NCBI GenBank assembly: GCA_964016885.1 | Contig: OZ024751.1 | Coordinates: 36,394,001-36,458,000 of the forward strand | Direction: 5' to 3' | Source of the DNA: Eledone cirrhosa | Taxonomy: Eukaryota | Length of the DNA stretch: 64,000 bases | Shown: positions 56,403-64,000 of the stretch, piece by piece | Numbering within the stretch: position 1 is the first letter of the stretch | How the letters are laid out: every line of letters starts with the position of its first letter | Notes under the pieces: generated by a model | The model's input: the letters and a program-made list of their open reading frames with translations, nothing else | Databases searched by the model: none | What the model was told of the DNA's origin: nothing | Position numbers and translations under genes: made by a program

Positions 56403-56449
<47 letters not shown>

Positions 56450-56687
56450 TGTGTGTGTGAAGGTATATATATATATCCAAGCCTCACTTCTACTCAAGTC
56501 GTTCTTTACTTCTTTTCTCCTTTTCTTCGTTCTCAGCCATTATGTGGACCACCCCGTATATGACTTACATGTTGTAATAATTTTATTTTATTTAGAATTG
56601 TTGATTTCTTTATTTGGGTCTTTCAGGAAGAAGTACATGACGTCAGATGTCGGTAGCAGAGGTATAGAGTTCAGTGTTGTTTGTCTG

Positions 56688-57205
56688 GTCTGGAGGAGAT
56701 GTGGAGGGCAGGGGGAGATCTGGAAGAGATGTGGAGGATACCTAGAGCAAGTGTAGTGGAAGAGATATGGAGGGCAGGAGGAGATCTGGAAGAGATGTGG
56801 AGGATATCTAGAGCAAATGTAGTGGAGGGATATGAAGGGCAGGAGGAGATCTGGAAGAGATGTGGAGCAGATCTAGAGCAAGTGTAGTGGAGGAGATATG
56901 GAGGGCGGGAGGAGATCTGGAAGAGATGTGGAGCAGATCTAGAGCAAGTGTAGTGGAGGAGATATGGAGGGCGGGAGGAGATCTGGAAGAGATGTGGAGC
57001 AGATATAGAGCAAGTGTAGTGGAGGAGATATGGAGGGCGGGAGGAGATCTGGAAGAGGTGTGGAGCAGATATAGAGCAAGTGTAGTGGAAGAGATATGGA
57101 GGGCGGGAGGAGATCTGGAAGAGGTGTGGAGCAGATCTGGAAGAGATGTGGAGCAGATCTGGAAGCGATGTGGAGCAGATATGTAGGATGTGTGGAGAAG
57201 ATGTG
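56688..57205. repeat. 66-bp purine-rich minisatellite built from ~22-bp subunits
   Basis: ctagagcaa recurs at 56742, 56808, 56873, 56939. Confidence 0.93.
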
Positions 57206-57398
57206 GATGTGTAGGGGGGGTGTGCAAGACCGATTAAAAGTTGGATAAAACCCAATATGGTGGTCGTTCCAGATCCCCGCAGTCTGGGTTCAAACTGTTC
57301 TGAGGTCAATTTTGTTTTCCGTCTTCTCGAGGTCGATAAATAAAGTAACGTATCAGTCCAGTAATGGAGTCGGTTCTCTCCTCTTTGTCTAGTTCTCT

Positions 57399-57452
<54 letters not shown>

Positions 57453-57479
57453 TTGCTGCTGCTGCTGCTGCTGCTACTA

Positions 57480-57514
<35 letters not shown>

Positions 57515-57542
57515 ACTACTACTACTGCTGCTGCTGCTGGTG

Positions 57543-57607
<65 letters not shown>

Positions 57608-57612
57608 GCTAT

Positions 57613-57650
<38 letters not shown>

Positions 57651-57749
57651 ATACTAATACTACTACTACTACTACTGCTATTACTACTACTACTACTACT
57701 ACTACTACTAATACTAATACTACTACTACTATTGCTGCTGCTGCTGCTA

Positions 57750-57891
<142 letters not shown>

Positions 57892-57902
57892 TGCTGCTGC
57901 TG

Positions 57903-57969
<67 letters not shown>

Positions 57970-57970
57970 G

Positions 57971-58001
<31 letters not shown>

Positions 58002-58904
58002 TGACAGTCTCAACAGCAGCAGCCACAACAATAACAACAGCAGCAGTAATAGCAACGTTAAAATACAGCAATTACTACAGTAACAATAGCAACAGCAACA
58101 GCAGCAATGGCAGCAGTAAAACAATCAAATGCAACAGCAACAGCAGCAGCAGTAATAGCAAGGATCAAATACAACAATTACAACAGCAACAACAGCAACA
58201 GCAACAGCAGCACTAAAAACAATTACGTACAACAGCAACAGCAACAATAACAGCAACAGCAGCAGCAGTAACAACAAGAATGCCAGCAGAAACAAAGAAC
58301 ACCAAGATGGCTACATCAGCTGCACAAGTGAGCATTAGTGATTATCAATGGAAACAGCATGAAACAAGACTAACCGGTGCAGGGGCACTGATAATAAGGA
58401 CAACAACAGCAGCAACAACAACAGCTGCAACAACAACAACAACAACAACAACAGTAACATCATTTACAACAACAAAAACAACAATAACAACAGTAATAAC
58501 AACTGCAAGAGTAACACCAACAATGGCAACCGCAGGAACAAGAATGAAAACAACAATTACAATAACAGCACAGCGTCAACAGCGACAACTGCAACAAGAG
58601 CAACAATAATAACAACAACAACAACAATAACAACATTGGTAACAGCAACAACAAGAAGAGTAACAACGACTACAACAACAACTGCAAGACTAACAATAAT
58701 AAGGTTATCATTTCTTCACATACATTCCATTTCTTATTTACAATGTTACGACAGAGATAACAATGACTACATTCTTTTATCCCGAAGTACGACAAATCTC
58801 CGAAACGTCAGACTTTTCACTCTTCACTGTAAATACTCTCATTGTAATATATTTTGTTCACATTTACCAACGCAGATCTTCACCAATTATGAGGTATAGG
58901 CGGA

Positions 58905-59415
58905 TCCAAACCTTAGCAAATATATTTTAATCCGGGAAGGCATTCTAAAATCATGGATATGGTTCATAATTGACAAACATATAGAAGAAAATTATTAAAC
59001 CACCACCAGTATTTTGGCGACGGTGTTCTGGCTTGGGAAGGGTTTCGAATCTTACCACATATTTTTTAATCCGGTAAGACATACTAAAGTCATGAACACA
59101 GCTCATCATTGACTTCTATGAAATATAATCAAATTATCAGAACCTCCATCAATATTATCTAGGCAAAGGGATCTAATGGGATTTCCAAACATCATATTTT
59201 TTTTAATCCGAGAAGGCATACTAATATCATGGCCACAGCTTATGATTGACTTCTATATAAAACTAAATTATCAGACCTCCACCAATATTTTTTGACAGTG
59301 GGGGGGAGGGCTAATGGGATTTCGAATCTTATCTCATATTTTTTAATCCGGGAAGGGATGTTGATAATATAAGAACGTCTCTTGATTGATGTAAAAAATA
59401 AATTATCAAGTCTAT
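58905..59415. repeat. Degenerate ~138-bp tandem repeat, ~4 copies
   Basis: ttttaatccgg near 58926, 59064, 59203, 59341. Confidence 0.85.
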
Positions 59416-59732
59416 GAGGAATTTTACATGTTATGCTTTCTGCGTTTCCTATTATAAACAAAATGTCTACAAGGACCTCTAGCGGACATTGGTGAAACTA
59501 CTCCTCCTCCTATTTCTCCTACTTCTCCTCTTTCTCCCCCTTCTACTACTGGCTGAATATATTTTTTAGAAAATTGACTGGGAACACCACTAAATATCAG
59601 GAGTCCTTTATTTTCTCCTTTAACAAATTTATATTTATCGATATATATATGTGTGTATGTGTTTTTTGTATGTCTGTGTATGTGAGTATGTGGGAGTGAG
59701 TGTGTATTTGTATATATATATATATATATATA

Positions 59733-59880
59733 TAGCAAAGGAATTGTGGTAAGGAACCAGATAGACCATAACGCACCAGAGTACTCAATACTTAGGGTAG
59801 TAGAGTGGGAAATAGGAAAAAGTCCAGAAATAGCCGTCGAAACGGCTTGAGCTCTGCCGTCGGGGTCATACTTTTCCCTA
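59733..59880 (-). mobile_element. Family A copy, reverse orientation
   Basis: Reverse complement of the tail plus gtcgaaacggcttgagctc..ccgtcggggtc arm; (TA)n flanks. Confidence 0.85.
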
Positions 59881-59996
59881 TATATATATATATACACAAA
59901 TACAAAAATACAATAACAGTAATCTTATATATTAGATATGGAAATATACAACCGCATACAATCATACACACACAAATATATATACATATATATGTC

Positions 59997-60029
<33 letters not shown>

Positions 60030-60373
60030 ATTTAAGCAAGTGTGTTTATGTATACATGTAGTGTATGCATGCAAATACATATATATCACTTTAATTATAC
60101 ATCCTGTTTAATACAGATTAGAACTGTGTTACCCAGTACAGCAATGTGTGTATATGTGTGTATACTTGCGTGTGTGTATATATGTGTGTGTCTGCGTGTT
60201 TGTATCTAAGTGTACTTGAGTGTGTGAATATATGTGTACCTTCGTGTGTGTATTATTTAGGTGTGTATGCGAGTTTATGCGTCTGTATATATGTGTGAGT
60301 ATGTATGTATATGTGTCTGTATATATGTATAAAAGGTATATATATGCGTGTGTATTATTGTGTGTACTTACGT

Positions 60374-60573
60374 NNNNNNNNNNNNNNNNNNNNNNNNNNN
60401 NNNNNNNNNNNNNNNNNNNNNNNNNNNNNNNNNNNNNNNNNNNNNNNNNNNNNNNNNNNNNNNNNNNNNNNNNNNNNNNNNNNNNNNNNNNNNNNNNNNN
60501 NNNNNNNNNNNNNNNNNNNNNNNNNNNNNNNNNNNNNNNNNNNNNNNNNNNNNNNNNNNNNNNNNNNNNNNNN
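60374..60573. other. Assembly gap (200 N)
   Basis: Run of exactly 200 N. Confidence 0.99.
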
Positions 60574-60920
60574 AATTCCCGAGATCCATGGACGAGTTCT
60601 CTCCAGCGGTCTCTGTCCCTCATTATCGCTGCCATGTCCTGCGTCTCCAACAGACCAGTGTCTGTCCTTAGGGCATCAACATACGTTAACCTTGGTCTTC
60701 CGCTTCGAGTGTGTCCATGTAGGGGCTCCCACAGGAGCACTGAGTGCAATGTCAACTCTGGATGTCGGTGAGCATGTCCAGCTAACCTCAGTCTCCTCTG
60801 TGTCACTTTTGAGCTGACTTTTGGGAGGCTCCCATACAGCGCTGAGTTTTTCATCCTCAGTGTATACTGATTAATGTTTAGAGCCATCCTCAGCATTCTC
60901 GTGTAGCACCCATCCACCAT
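60574..60920 (-). mobile_element. RTE-clade LINE 3' fragment
   Basis: DGCYTRMLRMALN...RRLRLAGHAHRHPE...LLWEPLHG..RSGRPRLTYVDAL..DTG...MRDRDRWR, a characteristic RTE C-terminus; runs into the N gap. Confidence 0.9.
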
Positions 60921-61093
60921 CTGGGTGAGTTTCTATAGTGTATATATAGTGAAGAAGAAGAAGATATACTTATATGACTGACTATATATATATATGTGTG
61001 TGTGTGTGTCTGTGTGTGTCTGTGTGTCTCTGTATGTGTGTTTGTGTTTGTGTGTGTTTGTGTGTGTGTGTGTCTCTGTGTGTGTCTCTGTGT

Positions 61094-61181
<88 letters not shown>

Positions 61182-64000
61182 TTGAATGGAAAGGTGTAGG
61201 TTGTTTCCACATCTGTTTTAGGTGCGTGTTTGTCTCAGCTATGTCTACATATCTGAATATAAGTATATATCATACAATCTACTGTACGTATGTCTCCAGT
61301 ACCTGAAATCTCAGCCACTCTCCTTTCTAGCCATTAGCTTATGAATCGTAAAACTTTTATGACACTTGTTGCTATTAGTTGATAAAAGTAGACAGAAAGA
61401 AGATGATTGTATTTTCAACGATTTGATTTTATTATCGTTCGTCCAAGAGACAAATCAAAATTGTATGCTTGCTTAATCATCATAGCGTTCTTCTTCCATG
61501 ATATAAACCTAAACTATAGAGTTTGTTGCTCTGCAATTTTTGATATTTTAGTTTTTAACAGTCTGCTCTGGTCAGACCTGGTTTGGGCTGGTTTGAACTG
61601 GTTTTTGGCTTTGTCTCGTCTAGGTTGGGCTGGATTGAGTTAGATGAGATAGGTTTAGTCTGGTTTAGTCTGGTCTTCTCTGGCTCAGATCTGATCTCCT
61701 CTAGCCTTATACACTTACATTGTGATGGTAGTGGTAGTGGTGGTGGTGTTGGTGGTGGTGGTGGTGGTGATGGTGGTGGTGGTGGTGGTGGTGGTGGTGG
61801 TGGTTATGATGGTGGTGGTGGTGGTGGTGGTGGTGGTGGTGGTGGCGGTGGTGGTAGTGGTAGTGGTGGTGGTGGTGGTGGCGGTGGTGGTAGTGGTAGT
61901 GGTGGTAGTGGTGGTGGTGGTGATGGTGTTGGTGGTGGTGGTGGTGGTGGTGGTGGTGGTAGGTTTCGTTGTGGTTGTTGTGGTGGTGGTGGTGGTAGTT
62001 TTGGTTGTGGTGGTGGTGGTGGTAGTTTTGGTTGTGGTGGTGGTGGTGGTGGTGGTAGTTTTGGTTGTGGTTGTGGTGGTGGTGGTGGTGGTGGTAGTTT
62101 TGGTTGTGGTTGTGGTGGTGGTGGTGGTGGTAGTTTTGGTGGTGGTTGGGTGGTGGTGGTGGTACTTTTGGTTGTGGTTGTGGTGGTTGTGGTGGTGGTG
62201 GTGGTGGTAGTTTTGGTTGTGGTTGTGGTGGTGGTGGTGGTGGTGGTGGTAGTTTTGGTTGTGGTTGTGGTGGTGGTGGTGGTGGTGGTGGTGGTGGTGG
62301 TGGTAGTTTTGGTTGTGGTTGTGGTGGTGGTGGTGTTGGTAGTTTCGGTTGTGTTTGTGGTGGTGGTGTTGGTAGTTTCGGTTGTGTTTGTGGTGGTGGT
62401 GGTGGTGGTAGTTTTGGTTGTGGTTGGGTGGTGGTGTTGGTAGTTTTGGTTGTGTTGCTTGTGATGGTTCACAGTTCTGATGCTGGTTGTGTTGGTTGTG
62501 GTGCTGGTGGTGGTGGTGGTGATGGTACTAATATTATTCATTACCGTCCATGGTGATGCTGGTTGTGTTGGTTGTGGTGCTGGTGGTGGTGGTGGTGGTG
62601 GTGATGGTACTAATATTATTCATTACTGTCCATGGTGATGATGGTTGTGATGGTTGTGTTGGTTGTGGTGGTGGTGGTGGTGGTGGTGGTGGTGATGGTA
62701 CTAATATTATTCATTACTGTCCATGGTGATGATGGTTGTGATGGTTGAGTTGGTTGTGGTGCTGGTGGTTGTGGTGTTGGTGGTGATCGTAGGAGGTGTT
62801 GAAAATTGCACTGCACAACTTCACTAACTCGCTTTCATTTTATCTTAAGACAATTGAAAACGACCGCCATTTTGTCGCTTGCGACTAATTTTGAACCAGC
62901 AAGTAGTTAGTGTTTGGTATTTTTTAAAATAACAATGCAAATGACAGGAATGCTGCTTGCTAATAACTATGAAGTCAACTCCAATGAATTACCTCACCAT
63001 AATTATCTGTTCTTCTTCAAAACGTACAAATATAGATAGACATCTCAGTTAGACACCTTATTACAGCTTATTACTGTTATTACTATTACATTCATTATTG
63101 TTATTAGTATTGTTGTTGTTGTGGTGGTGGTTGTTGGGGGGGAGGGGGGTGATAATGATGATGTTGACGGTGGTGGTGGTGGTGGTGATGGTGGTAATGG
63201 GGATGGTGGTGGTGGTGGTGATGTTGGTGATGGTGATGGTGGTGGTGATGTTGGTGATGGTAATGGTGGTGGTGGTGATGTTGGTGGTGGTGGTGGTGGT
63301 GGTGGTGATGTTGGTGATGGTAATGGTGGTGGTGGTGATGTTGGTGGTGGTGGTGGTGGTGGTGGTGGTGGTGGTGGTGGTGGTGGTGGTGGTGGTGGTG
63401 GTGGTGGTGGTAATGGTGGTGGTGGTGATGTTGGTGATGGTAATGGTGGTGTTGGTGATGGTAATGGTGGTGGTGGTGATGTTGGTAATGCTGATGGTGG
63501 TGGTGATGGTGGTGGTGGTGGTGGTGGTGGTGGTGGTGGTGGTGGTGGTGGTGGTGGTGGTGGTGGTGGTAATGGTGGTGGTGATGTTGGTGGTGGTGGT
63601 GATGTCGATGGCGGTGGTGATGTTGGTGATGCTGATGGTGGTGGTGGTGGTGGTGGTGTTGGTGATGGTGATGGTGGTGGTGATGTTGGTGATGCTGATG
63701 CTGATGGTGGCGGTGGTGGTGGCGTTGGTGATGGTAATGGTGGTGGGGATGTTGGTGATGGTAATGGTGGTGGGGATGTTGGTGGTGGTGGTGATGTTGA
63801 TGGCGGTGGTGATGTTGGTGATGCTGATGCTGATGGTGGTGGTGGTGTTGGTGATGGTAATGGTGGTTGTTATGTTGGTGATGGTAATGGTGGTGGTGGT
63901 GGTGGTGGTGGTGGTGATGTTGACGATGGTGTTGATGTTGATAGTGGTGATGTTGGTGATGGTATTGGTGGTGGTGGTGGTGGTGATGTTGGTGATGGTA

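Noticed and set aside
56671-57309. 22-aa-repeat ORFs (HYTCSRSAPHLFQISSRPPYLL)
   Set aside because: A product of the 66-bp minisatellite; the frame breaks at a 65-bp unit.

Overview
Eukaryotic, AT-rich, microsatellite-saturated DNA with no host gene I can support. The SINE families and repeat style suggest an octopus or other cephalopod (inference). There is one 200-N scaffold gap. Main contents: (1) a full-length ~6.0-kb Tx1/L1-type non-LTR retrotransposon on the minus strand (9165-15196), with a CCHC ORF1 and an APE-RT-zinc-finger ORF2 broken only by one extra base in a homopolymer. It sits inside an (AAT)n tract, and a 145-bp 3' fragment of it sits in another (AAT)n tract at 43.9 kb. (2) Several unrelated short repeat families carry type I hammerhead-ribozyme (HHR) motifs and fold-back palindromes, mostly within or beside (TA)n; this is the architecture of Penelope-like-element pseudo-LTRs and retrozymes. 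(3) RTE-clade LINE fragments, including a twin-priming-like 5' inversion and a cluster of 414-bp internally deleted RTE derivatives separated by (ATGT)n. (4) A non-autonomous Helitron/Helentron-like element, MITEs, tRNA-derived SINEs and minisatellites. Nearly all ORFs in the supplied track are microsatellite artefacts. Family assignments rest on motif recognition by eye, not database searches.
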